From NCBI GenBank assembly GCA_963836075.1, contig CAWIIB010000001.1:2080001-2144000 (forward strand): a stretch of DNA of 64,000 nt, in the 5' to 3' direction. Each line of letters begins with the position of its first letter. The first letter of the stretch is position 1. Origin of the DNA: an uncultured Acidobacteriota bacterium. GTDB lineage: Bacteria > Acidobacteriota > JAQAZP01. The position numbers and the translations under genes are program-made. The notes under the pieces were generated by a model that was given only the letters and a program-made list of their open reading frames with translations, was not told the DNA's origin and ran no database searches. This document shows, in pieces, positions 42,239-52,717 of this stretch.

Positions 42239-43708
42239 ATGCTGAAAGAGCACGCCAGGGCCATCGGCACATTTCACCTGCTGATGGACATGATACTCAC
42301 CGTGCTGGCCTTTGAAGCGGCTTACTTCCTGCGCGTGGAGATGGCCCAGACCCACCTGGTGCGCTACGTCTCCCTGTTCAAGGAGTTCTACCGGCCGATC
42401 CTCCCCTTCGATCTCTACCAGCTGTTGCTGATCCTGATTCTCCCGCTCTGGGCAGTGCTGCTCTACGGCTTCGGCTCCTACCGTTCCCAGCGGCTGGTCT
42501 CGATGAAGGCCCAGGCCTGGTCCCTCTTCCAGGCGATCTTCTCCGGCGGGATCCTGCTGGTTATCCTGATCTTCTTCACCCGCATCGGCGGTATCGAGAT
42601 CGCCAACGTCAGCCGGACCCTGATCATCACCTTTGTGATCATCAACTATGTCCTGCTGCTCACCGAGCGTCTGGTGGCCCGGCAACTGCTCAGTTTCTGG
42701 CGGCGCCGGGGCTACAACTTCCGCACCGTGCTGGTCATCGGCTCGGGCGAGCAGGCCCGCAAGCTGGCCGGACTGGTGGAAGAGAACACGGAGTGGGGCC
42801 TGCGGATGCTCGGGTTTGCCACTGATGACAAAGAGGTGCTGAACACCGGCGAGCTGCAAGGACGGCCGGTGATGGGACATATCACCGACATGGAGCAGAT
42901 CATTCACCAGAACGTGGTGGACGAAGTGATCTTTGCCGTACCGCGAACAAAGCTCTGGGACATGGAGGACATCTTCCTCCTCTGCGAGGAAGAGGGGATC
43001 CGCACCTGGGTGGCCGCCAATTTCTTCCCGCACCTGGTGGCCAAGATCCAGCTGGACGACTTGCAGGGGCTGCCCCTGCTGACCTACACCACCACGCCGA
43101 CCAACGAGTTCATGCTGCTGATCAAACGGATCTTCGACCTGGTGGTGGCCCTGGTGATGCTGGTCATCCACGCCGTGCCGATGATGGCCATCGCGGCGGC
43201 GATCAAGTTCACCTCCAAAGGCCCGGTCTTCTTCAGGCAGGAGAGGCTGGGCCTTAACGGCCGCCCCTTCACCATGCTCAAATTCCGCTCCATGGTGGCT
43301 GACGCCGAGGAACAGAAGGCGCAGCTGGCCGACAGCAACGAAATGGACGGTCCGGCGTTCAAGATGAAGCACGATCCGCGGGTCACCTGGGTCGGCCGCA
43401 TCATCCGCACCCTGAGCCTTGACGAACTGCCGCAGATGATCAATGTGCTGCTGGGCCAGATGTCGCTGGTGGGCCCGCGGCCCGCCCCGCGGGAAGAAGT
43501 GGAGGCGTACCAGCGGTGGCAGCGCAGGCGGCTGAGCATGAAGCCGGGCATCACATGTTTCTGGCAGATCGCCGGCCGCAACAAGGTCGACTTCGACGAG
43601 TGGATGCGTCTGGACCTGCAATACATCGACAACTGGAGTTTTGGCCTGGACCTGAAAATTCTGCTGAAAACCATCCCCGCGGTCTTTTTCGCCCGCGGGG
43701 CCTCGTAA
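42239..43708 (+). CDS. Polyprenyl-phosphate sugar phosphotransferase (priming glycosyltransferase, WcaJ-like)
   Basis: KRIFD, KFRSM, DPRVT.VG, SLDELPQ..NVL.GQMSLVGPRP, KPGIT..WQ, LDL.YIDNWS. Confidence 0.95.
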   Translation: MLKEHARAIGTFHLLMDMILTVLAFEAAYFLRVEMAQTHLVRYVSLFKEFYRPILPFDLYQLLLILILPLWAVLLYGFGSYRSQRLVSMKAQAWSLFQAIFSGGILLVILIFFTRIGGIEIANVSRTLIITFVIINYVLLLTERLVARQLLSFWRRRGYNFRTVLVIGSGEQARKLAGLVEENTEWGLRMLGFATDDKEVLNTGELQGRPVMGHITDMEQIIHQNVVDEVIFAVPRTKLWDMEDIFLLCEEEGIRTWVAANFFPHLVAKIQLDDLQGLPLLTYTTTPTNEFMLLIKRIFDLVVALVMLVIHAVPMMAIAAAIKFTSKGPVFFRQERLGLNGRPFTMLKFRSMVADAEEQKAQLADSNEMDGPAFKMKHDPRVTWVGRIIRTLSLDELPQMINVLLGQMSLVGPRPAPREEVEAYQRWQRRRLSMKPGITCFWQIAGRNKVDFDEWMRLDLQYIDNWSFGLDLKILLKTIPAVFFARGAS

Positions 43709-43730
43709 CGCCACACGACCGGAGATCCCC

Positions 43731-45383
43731 ATGCCCAGAACCGTGTTGATCGTCCTCTCGATCCTGCTGCTGCTCACCACCGGCTGCGAGCGCCCGGAGC
43801 GGCCCGCAACCGGGTCGGAGCCGATCCTCTTTCTCGGCCTCGACGGCGCCTCGCCCGAGATCTGCACCCTGATGGCCGCCCGCGGGGAACTGCCCACTCT
43901 GGCGGCGCTGATGGAGGATGGCTGGACGAGCCGGATGGAGACCTACATCCCCACCGTCTCCCCGCTGATCTGGAACAGCATGGCCACCGGGAAATCGTGG
44001 CTCCGGCTGGGCATCCACCTGGCCGACATGAAGCGCGGCTTCCGCGGCACGATGCTCGAACCGGCTCCGGTGTGGCGGGTGGCCTCCCACGGCGGGAAAA
44101 AAGTGGCGGTGCTCAACTGGTGGCTCACCTGGCCGGCGGAAGAACTGAATGGCCACGTGATGAGCGACCGGGCGCCCTACTTCCTCTTCGAGCCGCCCGA
44201 AGAAACCCGCAAGTCGCGGCTCACCTGGCCGGCCCGGTGGATCGACTCGATGGACGACCTGCGCCGGCCCAAGGCCGATGCCGGCGAGATCATCAAGGCC
44301 TTCGGCCTCGACCCGGCGCTGCACGATGAAATCGTGGCCGCCGAAGGCTTCGGCGAAGTGCAGGAACACCTGGCCCGGGACAAGATCGTCCTCCAGGTGG
44401 CCCGGCGGCTGATCGAGGGTGAGCTGCCCGACTTCACCGCGGTGCTGGTGCGCGGCCTCGACGTGACCCAGCACGGCTACTGGCCCACCCCCGGCGGCAC
44501 CGGCGTGGCCGCCGATTCGGCGGTGGTGGGCGGCGCCTACCGCTACTACGACCGGCGGCTGGGCGAGTTGGTGGAGCTGTTCCTGGAAAAGGCGCCCAAT
44601 GGACGGATCCTGGTGGTCTCGGACCATGGCTTCCGGCCGCGGCACGAGCTGTTCCAGCAACAGAACCGGGCCGACCTCAACCCCCAGGCCCTGCTGAACC
44701 TGCTGGGGATGAAGGAGCTGCGGGCCGGGGACCGGCTGTTCCGCTTCCGGGCGGTGGAACAGCACTCCTTTGCCCGCGAGGTGTTCATCGAAGCCCGGGA
44801 GGTCGTTGGCGGCAAGGCCATGACGGCCGAACAGCCGGTACCGGAGCAGGTGATTCAGCGGCTGATCGACGGCCTGGCCGGACTGCAGACCACGGGTGGC
44901 AAACCGTTCTTCATCGATCCGCGGCCGGCCCCTGGCCTGGAGTGGTGCCACGTGCGGGCCGAGGTCAATCCCGAGATCCGGCAGCAGGACACCATGGAAA
45001 CCGACACCGGGCCGATCACCCTGGCCTCCATGGGAATGAGCGGGATCCGGCCCAGGTCGATCCCGCCGGGGCAGCATTTCTTCGGTCCGGACGGCATCTT
45101 TATCGGCGCCGGCCCCGGCCTGCCGCTGGGGGGATCGTTCGAAGAGCAGGCCCGGATCGCCGTGGCCGATGTGGGGCCGACCCTGCTGGCGATGATGGGA
45201 TTGCCGCCGGCCCGGGACATGGACGGACGGCCCTGCGCGCCGCTCCTCGGGGAAGTGGATGAGGCGGGCTTCGTCGACAGCTATGACCATCTGGACGCGG
45301 CGGGAGGAGAGGTGGAGGACGACGATTCCGGCCTGGACGAGCGGCGCAAGGAAGAATACCGGGCCCTGGGGTATATCGAGTGA
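43731..45383 (+). CDS. Alkaline phosphatase superfamily (phosphodiesterase-like) lipoprotein
   Basis: Lipobox TTGC; LGLDGA, PTVSPLIWNSMATG, SDHGF, DVGPTLL, C-terminal RALGYIE. Confidence 0.85.
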   Translation: MPRTVLIVLSILLLLTTGCERPERPATGSEPILFLGLDGASPEICTLMAARGELPTLAALMEDGWTSRMETYIPTVSPLIWNSMATGKSWLRLGIHLADMKRGFRGTMLEPAPVWRVASHGGKKVAVLNWWLTWPAEELNGHVMSDRAPYFLFEPPEETRKSRLTWPARWIDSMDDLRRPKADAGEIIKAFGLDPALHDEIVAAEGFGEVQEHLARDKIVLQVARRLIEGELPDFTAVLVRGLDVTQHGYWPTPGGTGVAADSAVVGGAYRYYDRRLGELVELFLEKAPNGRILVVSDHGFRPRHELFQQQNRADLNPQALLNLLGMKELRAGDRLFRFRAVEQHSFAREVFIEAREVVGGKAMTAEQPVPEQVIQRLIDGLAGLQTTGGKPFFIDPRPAPGLEWCHVRAEVNPEIRQQDTMETDTGPITLASMGMSGIRPRSIPPGQHFFGPDGIFIGAGPGLPLGGSFEEQARIAVADVGPTLLAMMGLPPARDMDGRPCAPLLGEVDEAGFVDSYDHLDAAGGEVEDDDSGLDERRKEEYRALGYIE

Positions 45384-46276
45384 GATGGTGGAATCCCAGA
45401 TGCATGGCACTGTTCCTCCCCGTCCTGTTCTGCCTGCTCACCGGCTGCAACAACTTTCACCGGGTCCCGGTGACCGGAGGTGAAATGGACACCACTGCTG
45501 AAACCACGGCCGACGGCCAGCTGAGGCTTGACGTGATCCACGTGGGCTACGGCGACTGTCTGCTGCTCCGCGGGCCGGATGGCCAGACGGCAATGGTTGA
45601 CGGCGGCCCCCTCGACGCCGGCGAGCGGATCGCCGCTTTTCTCCGCGAACAGAACGTGGAACGCATTGACCTGCTGGTGCTGACCCACCCCCACCCGGAC
45701 CACGTTGACGGCCTGGCCGGCATCTTCGACCAGCTGGAGGTCGGCCGAATTCTGGAAAGCGGCCTGGAATACGAAGAGAGCCTGCACGCCGAGCTGCTCC
45801 GCCGAGCTGCGGAGAGGGGCATCCCGGTATACCGTCTGGCTCCCGGAATGAAGATCGGGGACCTGGGTGACAAAGTGGAGTGGGAGGTTCTCCACCTTGG
45901 CGAGTTCCACAATCTCAACGAAGCGTCGGCGGTGATGCGCCTGCAGTATGGCCAGCGGGTCTTTCTCCTGATGGGAGATGCCGAAGTGAAGGCCGAGCGG
46001 CTGTTGCTGGAGACCCTGGGCCCGGAAGGCCTCGGGGCCGACGTGGTCAAGGTGGGGCACCACGCCAATGTCAGCGATCCCGACTTCATCGCCGCCATGA
46101 CCGCCGAGACGGCGCTGGTCACCCTGGGGAAAAACCCCTGGGACGCCCCCAACGATGACACGCTGGCCGCCTGGCAGGCCACCGGCGCCCGCATCCTGCG
46201 CACCGACGTGCACGGCAACATCGCCGTGGTCACCGACGGGGAATCGCTGGAGATCACGGTTTCCCGCGGCGAGTAG
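45380..46276 (+). CDS. ComEC/Rec2-like MBL-fold hydrolase, lipoprotein
   Basis: VGYGD, LTHPHPDHVDG, LMGDAE, KVGHH, RTDVHG; lipobox LTGC. Confidence 0.88.
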   Translation: MRWWNPRCMALFLPVLFCLLTGCNNFHRVPVTGGEMDTTAETTADGQLRLDVIHVGYGDCLLLRGPDGQTAMVDGGPLDAGERIAAFLREQNVERIDLLVLTHPHPDHVDGLAGIFDQLEVGRILESGLEYEESLHAELLRRAAERGIPVYRLAPGMKIGDLGDKVEWEVLHLGEFHNLNEASAVMRLQYGQRVFLLMGDAEVKAERLLLETLGPEGLGADVVKVGHHANVSDPDFIAAMTAETALVTLGKNPWDAPNDDTLAAWQATGARILRTDVHGNIAVVTDGESLEITVSRGE

Positions 46277-46282
46277 TCAAAC

Positions 46283-46909
46283 TTACAGGCCGAGAAAACG
46301 AAGCACCCTGGTAGCCGACTGTTCCAGCGGCGCCTCGCCGTCCAGCACCAGATCAGCCCGGTAGCGGGTGGGGATGACATGCTCAACAGCCATGGGCTGG
46401 ACCGTTTCCCGCCACTGCTTCTCCACATACTCTCGCTCGATGCCCCGCTCCCTGGCGTCCCGCTCCAGCCGGCGCAGAAACGAAACCTGCTCGTCGACCT
46501 CCATGTAGACCGCCAGGTCGTAGTGCGAGCGGAGAGACTCCCGGAGCAGTGCGAAGAGCCCCTCGACGATGAGCAGTTCTGTCGGCCCCACCCGCACTCC
46601 GTATGGTTCCCTGACGTGGCGGGCATAGTTGTAGACCGGGTGCTCCACCGCCTCGCCGCCGAGCAGGGCCTGGAGGTGTGCTTCCAGCAGCGGCCACTCC
46701 AGCGCCTGGGGATCGTCAAAGTTGCGCCGGTCCGCTTCGGCCGACGGGATGCCCGAAAGGTCGTAGTAATAGGCATCCATGGGGAAGATCGCCGGATCCC
46801 GGTCCGCGATCAGCCGGCAAAGTTCGCGGCCCAGGCCGCTCTTGCCCGAACAGGATGGGCCGGCAATACCGATCACCAGCGGCCGGGCGGAATGTTCATC
46901 AGAGTTCAT
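46283..46909 (-). CDS. udk: Uridine kinase family protein
   Basis: IGIAGPSCSGKS, DAYY, NFDDP.A, IVEGLF, RRLERD..ERG, PTR..ADL. Confidence 0.85.
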   Translation of the reverse strand: MNSDEHSARPLVIGIAGPSCSGKSGLGRELCRLIADRDPAIFPMDAYYYDLSGIPSAEADRRNFDDPQALEWPLLEAHLQALLGGEAVEHPVYNYARHVREPYGVRVGPTELLIVEGLFALLRESLRSHYDLAVYMEVDEQVSFLRRLERDARERGIEREYVEKQWRETVQPMAVEHVIPTRYRADLVLDGEAPLEQSATRVLRFLGL

Positions 46910-47996
46910 CCTGCGACTCCTTTGCCTGCAGACCAAGGTGCCAGAATGTCCCGCTGTTCCGTGCGGCAACCTCCAGCGGCGGCCGAAAGCGAAGCGACTC
47001 GAGGGCCTCACGGACCTTGCTGCCGGTCAGCGCGCCGCTCCTCCCGTGCCAGCTGTAACAGTAGAGGCAACATCCCCCGGTGCCGCCCCCCTCGTATTGC
47101 GTGGCACAGGTGCGGAAGCCGGTGGAGTAGGAGATGTCCACGCTGTAGCTGCAGCCGCATCGCGGGCGCTGCCCGCCCTTGCGCTTCACATTGTGCAGGA
47201 CGGTCTCCACTGCAGGAGCGGATGCACCACAGTATTTCGCTCGCAGTCCGCTGATCCACTCTCCGTCGACACACCCGTCGCCGGAGACCCAGGGCTCCAG
47301 GGCCGGACTGCAGCAGATGGAGAAACGCCCGCCGGCGGCGTCCACCTTGCGCCCCACAACGGAATAAAAAGGTCGGTATCGTTCGGGATCATCACCCAGT
47401 ACCACAATGCCGGCCTCTTTCAACCGGGCAGAGGCGCCGCGGTACTTGAGATCGAGCACCGAGGAAGTCCATGTCTGCGCCCCGATCCTGCGGAACCGCT
47501 CGAACACCGGGGTGAAGAGATCCCCCGTGGCATTGGAGAGGACGAGCCGTTGACCACTGTGCGGTCCGTCGAGGATCGGTCCCAGGTCATACTCAGCCAC
47601 CGGGTCCCAGCGCAGCTTGACACAGTCCGGGCCAGCCAGCAGGCCCCGCTCGAGAATCTGTTCCAGCACTCCGGCCACCTCCGTCGGTCCGGGGATCCCC
47701 GGCTCCAGCGGGCTGCCCCCCAGCCCGGTGACCGACAGTTGGAGCAGTGCCAGGATACCCCGTTCCCGCAACCCGAGGAGCAGTCGTCCCAGCTCCGGGG
47801 AGTCTAGCAGCGCAGCCGGTTGCTTGGTCCAGAGCACCACCGCCCCCACATCATCAAGGTCGATGAAGAAGCCTGGCGAGCGCGGTCCACGCCTCGCCGG
47901 CGCCTTGCCGGCAAGGATCTCGGCCAGGTGGGCCGGATGCCAGCCGGCCAGGTCCCTGGTCCGCCCGGCGCTGATCACTGTCAATGGATTATCCAT
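46899..47996 (-). CDS. DUF1848-like Cys-rich protein
   Basis: VISAGRTRD, VLWTKQP, LEPGIP, LRWDPV, CVDG, QRPRCGC..SVDI, CLYCY. Confidence 0.72.
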   Translation of the reverse strand: MDNPLTVISAGRTRDLAGWHPAHLAEILAGKAPARRGPRSPGFFIDLDDVGAVVLWTKQPAALLDSPELGRLLLGLRERGILALLQLSVTGLGGSPLEPGIPGPTEVAGVLEQILERGLLAGPDCVKLRWDPVAEYDLGPILDGPHSGQRLVLSNATGDLFTPVFERFRRIGAQTWTSSVLDLKYRGASARLKEAGIVVLGDDPERYRPFYSVVGRKVDAAGGRFSICCSPALEPWVSGDGCVDGEWISGLRAKYCGASAPAVETVLHNVKRKGGQRPRCGCSYSVDISYSTGFRTCATQYEGGGTGGCCLYCYSWHGRSGALTGSKVREALESLRFRPPLEVAARNSGTFWHLGLQAKESQDEL

Positions 47997-48203
47997 GGAT
48001 CCAGTTTAAATGCCCAAAACCTGCCGATGCAATCATTGATTTCTTCCCCACCCCTGCGGAACCGACGGCAAGCATCATCAGGCCATGGAAGTAGCACGAT
48101 GCAGCTTGTGGCTGGGGCTATCCGTCTGGCGACGTTGGAGCGTAGCGACCGGAGCAAAGACGGATATCCCCAGCTGCCAGCTGCACTTTGACCCAGGATA
48201 GTA

Positions 48204-48929
48204 CTAGTCGTTGGTGAAGCCGTCCTTGATCTCGAGGAACTTGTCCAGTCCCAGGAACTCAAGGATTTCTTCCGAGGCGGCGAGGCACGTCTCGGGGGTC
48301 AGGCAGTTCTTGTGCTTCTCCATGATCCGCACGCACTCCCGGGCCTCCTTGCGCAGCTTGGGCAGGGCACCCTTGCGGCAACGCATGATGGTGTTCTTCT
48401 GGGGCGCGTTGGCGAAGAAGTAGAGGTTGGCCGCGGAGAGCTGCAGCCCCTTGTAGATCAGGGACCGCTTCCCGGGCAGGCGCACACGCTCGGAGTAGGT
48501 GGAAAAGAGATAGTCGAAGAGCGGCTTCTGCAGGATCCGCTGGGAGATCTTCTGCTTGCGCAGTTCCTTGTCCAGCCGGGGGTGCTCCACCAGGCTCTTG
48601 ATTGCCGTACGGACCTTGATCCCCACCTCGCGGTCCACCCCGTCGCGGATCTGGAAGCGGAATCCCGGGAAGCCGAGCACGATGTTGATGTAGTTGTGCA
48701 TCAACTCGTGGGCCACGGTGGCCATCTGGAATTTTTCGTTGTTGAACTCGGGGTTGAAAAAGATCAGGACAATCCGGGCATTGAAATAGGTGAAGGTGTA
48801 ACCGAACCCGGGGACGATGCCGTGGTGCCGGCGGACCGGGAAATACTCCACCTTCCAGCCCTGGTAGCCGGAGATCTGCTGGTGCAGACCGATCAGTGGC
48901 TGTGGGAATTCATACCCCAGACGTTCCAT
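48204..48929 (-). CDS. Hypothetical protein with HExxH motif
   Basis: TVAHELMHNY; codon usage consistent with neighbours. Confidence 0.65.
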   Translation of the reverse strand: MERLGYEFPQPLIGLHQQISGYQGWKVEYFPVRRHHGIVPGFGYTFTYFNARIVLIFFNPEFNNEKFQMATVAHELMHNYINIVLGFPGFRFQIRDGVDREVGIKVRTAIKSLVEHPRLDKELRKQKISQRILQKPLFDYLFSTYSERVRLPGKRSLIYKGLQLSAANLYFFANAPQKNTIMRCRKGALPKLRKEARECVRIMEKHKNCLTPETCLAASEEILEFLGLDKFLEIKDGFTND

Positions 48930-49031
48930 CCGGTGGACTCCGCCAACACATATACCGCGGTTCAGTTCTTTCCCGGCCGGCGACCCGGGTGGACCGTCGG
49001 CCGGGCAGTGAAAGTCACCAATCGGTCAGGA

Positions 49032-49796
49032 CTACTGGCCGGGCGCCATGGCCTGCATCGCCTGCATCATGTCGCCTTCCTTCTTGGTATACCCCTCGGG
49101 GGCGGTGAAGGTGGAGGCGGCAAACGACTCTTTCTTGATCTTCTGGACCAAACTCTCCGACTCGACATTCTGCCCCATGACGTTCATCGTGGTCTTGGTC
49201 ATGATGGGATAGCCGTCGATCTTCTTCATCTCATCCTGGAATTTCTTGAGCATGGCGGCCTGGCCGAGCATGTCGGTCATTTCCAGGTAGTCGTCCATCT
49301 TGATCTCGGTGTCCTTGGTGACCCACATCTCCTGGGTCATGGACATCTGCCCGCCAAGGGTCATGACAACCTTTTCACAGTTCCAGTCACCAATTTTCTT
49401 CTTCTCGCCGGTCTTCTCCACCGTGGGCTGGGCGTCACCCATCATCCCCTCCATCATCGCCATGCCCATTTCCAGCATCGCCTTGAATTCTTCCTCCGCC
49501 ACCACGTAATACTCTTTTTTGGAGTGGGAGACGATGGTCAGCATCTTGGAGGCGGCGTCAAAGATCATATCGGAGTCATTTCCGGTGGCCATTTTCATCT
49601 TGGTCGGGGTCATGTACATCGTGGTCAGCTGTTCGGAGGGCGGCTGGCCCATCATGCCCCCGCTCTTGACCATCGACTCGATAATAAAACCTTCGTCACC
49701 GGCCTGAACCGCAGAAGGGACCAGCAGGCCCAGGCTGAGGACGAGAGCCACCAGGGACATGCCGGAATGTAACGAGAACAGTTTTCCGCAGCGCAT
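49032..49796 (-). CDS. Exported DUF4412-like protein
   Basis: Signal peptide; EKTGEKKKIGDWNCEK, EMWVTKD, F..PEGY; GGAGG RBS. Confidence 0.78.
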   Translation of the reverse strand: MRCGKLFSLHSGMSLVALVLSLGLLVPSAVQAGDEGFIIESMVKSGGMMGQPPSEQLTTMYMTPTKMKMATGNDSDMIFDAASKMLTIVSHSKKEYYVVAEEEFKAMLEMGMAMMEGMMGDAQPTVEKTGEKKKIGDWNCEKVVMTLGGQMSMTQEMWVTKDTEIKMDDYLEMTDMLGQAAMLKKFQDEMKKIDGYPIMTKTTMNVMGQNVESESLVQKIKKESFAASTFTAPEGYTKKEGDMMQAMQAMAPGQ

Positions 49797-49953
49797 ACGA
49801 TTTTCCTCCACAAGTGGTCTGCCTCCTCCGAGCGGCGGTGATCTCACGGCACTCCCCGGGGGTCGGCCTGTTGATAACGTTTCTGTGGTAGTTCTGGCGA
49901 ATTATACCCCATTCGGGTCGATTAACAAACAGGGCAATATGCCATTATTCCGG

Positions 49954-51015
49954 TCACACAACGAGCATGCAGTCACCGTAACTGTAAAACCGGTATCGTT
50001 CCCGAACCGCCTCCGAATAAGCCTCCAGCACCGCCTCACGGCCGGCCAGGGCGCTGACCAGCATGATCAGGGTCGACTCCGGGAGGTGGAAATTGGTCAG
50101 CAGGGCATCGATACAGCCAAACCGGTAGCCAGGGTAGATAAAGATGTCCGCTTCCCCCGACAGCCGGCACAACCGGCCCTCCGCCCCGGACCAGGCGTAT
50201 TCCAGCGCCCGGGTGGTGGTGGTGCCCACCGCCACCAGGCGCCGCCCCTCCCGTTTACCCCGCTCCACCGCTGCGGCCGTCTCCCGCGGGATGTGGAAAA
50301 GCTCCAGTTCCATCCGGTGCTCGGCCACCTTTTCCACCCGCACCGGCATGAACGTCCCCGGCCCCACATGGAGGGTCAAGGCAAGCCGCTCCACCCCCCG
50401 GCGGTCCAGATCGTCCAGCACCTGCGGAGTGAAGTGCAGACCGGCGGTGGGGGCGGCGATGGAACCGCTCTGCTCGGCGTAAACCGTCTGGTAGCGTTCA
50501 CGGTCCCGGGCTGCCTGGAGATCCCGCTCGCCACGACGGATGTAAGGCGGCAGGGGCATCCTGCCCAACCGTTCCAGCAGCGGTTCCAGCGCCCCCTGGT
50601 GGCCCAGGCGGCAGAGCCGGCGACCCGGGCCCACGCGCTCGATCACTTCGGCGGTGACCCGGTCATCACCCTCACCGAAGACCATGCGGCTTCCCGGCTT
50701 CAGCCGGCGGGCCGGACGACAGATCGCCTCCCAGAGACCGGGCTCCCGCTGGCGCACCAGCAGCAGTTCCACCCGTCCGCCGCTCCCCTCCCGCCGGCCC
50801 AGCAGACGGGCCGGAAAAACCCGGGTGTGGTTCATCACCAGCATGTCGTCAAGCGAGAGGAGTCCGGGCAGATCCCGGAACCGGTGGTGGCTGACCCGGC
50901 CGCTGGCCCGTTCCAGCAGCATCAGCCGCGAATCGTGCCGCTGGTCCAGCGGGGTCTGGGCGATCAGCTCCGGAGGCAGGTGGTAGTGAAAGTCTTTCAG
51001 CTCGAGGTGGGACAT
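49954..51015 (-). CDS. queA: SAM:tRNA ribosyltransferase-isomerase
   Basis: FHYHLPPELIAQ, MPLPPYI, YQTVYA, APTAGLHF, LHVGPGTF, TNFHLPES, RFYSYGD. Confidence 0.97.
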   Translation of the reverse strand: MSHLELKDFHYHLPPELIAQTPLDQRHDSRLMLLERASGRVSHHRFRDLPGLLSLDDMLVMNHTRVFPARLLGRREGSGGRVELLLVRQREPGLWEAICRPARRLKPGSRMVFGEGDDRVTAEVIERVGPGRRLCRLGHQGALEPLLERLGRMPLPPYIRRGERDLQAARDRERYQTVYAEQSGSIAAPTAGLHFTPQVLDDLDRRGVERLALTLHVGPGTFMPVRVEKVAEHRMELELFHIPRETAAAVERGKREGRRLVAVGTTTTRALEYAWSGAEGRLCRLSGEADIFIYPGYRFGCIDALLTNFHLPESTLIMLVSALAGREAVLEAYSEAVRERYRFYSYGDCMLVV

Positions 51016-51017
51016 GA

Positions 51018-52064
51018 TCACCAGAGCTCTTCCTGGGCCGAACGGCCCCCTCCCGGTGTGAGGCCGAAGTGGGCATACCCCAGGCGGGTGACACAGCGGC
51101 CCCGCGGGGTGCGGTCGAGGAACCCGATCTGCAGCAGATAGGGCTCGAGGATCTCCTCGATGGCGTCCTTCTCCTCGCCGATGGAGGCGGCCAGGGTGTT
51201 CAGCCCCACCGGGCCACCCTCGAATTTCTCGATGATGGTCAGCAGCAGCTTGCGGTCCACGTCGTCGAGACCGCGGCCGTCCACGTCGAGAGTTTTCAGG
51301 GCCAGGCAGGCCACGTCGTGGCTGATCACCCCGTCGGCCCGCACCTCGGCGTAATCGCGCACCCGGCGCAGCAGCCGGTTGGCCACCCGGGGCGTGCCCC
51401 GCGAACGGCCGGCGATCTCGCCCACCCCCCCGGTTTCGGCGGAAACACCGAGGATGCCGGCGGAACGGTTGACGATCCGCCGCATCTCCTCGTCGTTGTA
51501 GTAGCTGAGACGGTGGATGATGCCGAAGCGGTCGCGGAGCGGCGAAGTGAGCAGGCCGGCCCGGGTGGTGGCGCCCACCAGGGTGTATGGCTTCAGCGCC
51601 ACCTTGATCGAGCGGGCGCTGGGCCCCTGGCCCACCAGAATGTCGACGTTGTAATCCTCCATGGCCGGATAGAGGATCTCCTCCACCACCGGGCTCAGAC
51701 GGTGGATCTCGTCGATGAAAAGGACCTCGCCCTCTTCGAGGTTGGTCAGCATGGCCACCAGGTCCCCCGGCCGCTCGATCACCGGCCCCGAGGTGACCCG
51801 GATGGTGGTGGCCATCTCGATGGCCAGGATGTGGGCCAGGGTGGTCTTGCCCAGTCCCGGCTGCCCGTAGAGCAGCACGTGGTCCAGCGGGGCCCCCCGC
51901 TTGCAGGCGGCCTCCACTGAAATGGAGAGGTTCTCCTTGATCTGCTCCTGACCGATGTACTCGCCGAGGCTGCGCGGCCGGAGAGTGAGGTCAAGGCGGG
52001 CGTCGTCATCCATGGTGTCGCCACCGATGATCCGGTCACCCATTGGCTCGTCAGGTTCCATCAC
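51018..52064 (-). CDS. ruvB: Holliday junction helicase RuvB
   Basis: [40 protein letters not shown]. Confidence 0.97.
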   Translation of the reverse strand: MMEPDEPMGDRIIGGDTMDDDARLDLTLRPRSLGEYIGQEQIKENLSISVEAACKRGAPLDHVLLYGQPGLGKTTLAHILAIEMATTIRVTSGPVIERPGDLVAMLTNLEEGEVLFIDEIHRLSPVVEEILYPAMEDYNVDILVGQGPSARSIKVALKPYTLVGATTRAGLLTSPLRDRFGIIHRLSYYNDEEMRRIVNRSAGILGVSAETGGVGEIAGRSRGTPRVANRLLRRVRDYAEVRADGVISHDVACLALKTLDVDGRGLDDVDRKLLLTIIEKFEGGPVGLNTLAASIGEEKDAIEEILEPYLLQIGFLDRTPRGRCVTRLGYAHFGLTPGGGRSAQEELW

Positions 52065-52080
52065 GTCCGGCCTCCGGTGG

Positions 52081-52707
52081 TCAGCGGTTCAATCGGCCCA
52101 GCGCCCCGCGCAGCAGGCCTTCCAGGTCCAGTTGTTCCCGGGCCCGGCTGGTCTGCCCGGCAAGAAACCGGCGCACCGCCTCCCGGGCCTGGGGCGTGCG
52201 GTAGCCGAGGTTTTCCAGGGCGGAGACCGCGTCGGCGGCCAGCTGCCCCGCCTCGTCCAGCAGCGGTTCGGGTTCCGCCCCAGCGTCGCCTTCGGCCAGG
52301 CCCAGGCCGTCCAGCTTGTCGCGCAGTTCCAGCACCATCCGCTCGGCAGTCTTTTTCCCCACCCCGGGGATGGACTGGATCGACTTCAGGTCACCCTGGC
52401 GCACCGCCGAGGCCAGGGCCTCGGGGCTGAGGCCGGAGAGAACGGTCACCGCCAGTTTCGGCCCCACACCGGAGATGGTGATCAGCCGCTCGAAGAGTTC
52501 CTTCTCCAGGCCGGTGAGGAAACCGAAGAGGGCCAGGGTGTCCTCGCGGACGTGGGTGTGGATGTGGAGCGAAACCTCCGCTCCGGGCTCGCCCACCCGG
52601 CCCATGGTGCCCAGGGGGACCGTGGCCAGGTAGCCCACCCCGCCCACATCGAGGATCAGCCGGTCGGCCTCCTTCTCCACCACTATTCCGGTCAGCCGCG
52701 CGATCAT
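52081..52707 (-). CDS. ruvA: Holliday junction protein RuvA
   Basis: [42 protein letters not shown]. Confidence 0.96.
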   Translation of the reverse strand: MIARLTGIVVEKEADRLILDVGGVGYLATVPLGTMGRVGEPGAEVSLHIHTHVREDTLALFGFLTGLEKELFERLITISGVGPKLAVTVLSGLSPEALASAVRQGDLKSIQSIPGVGKKTAERMVLELRDKLDGLGLAEGDAGAEPEPLLDEAGQLAADAVSALENLGYRTPQAREAVRRFLAGQTSRAREQLDLEGLLRGALGRLNR

Positions 52708-52717
52708 CGTCTTCCTC

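Noticed and set aside
45380-46276. ComEC-like gene as evidence of a competence locus
   Set aside because: Only the MBL domain is present; no membrane channel domain or other competence genes.
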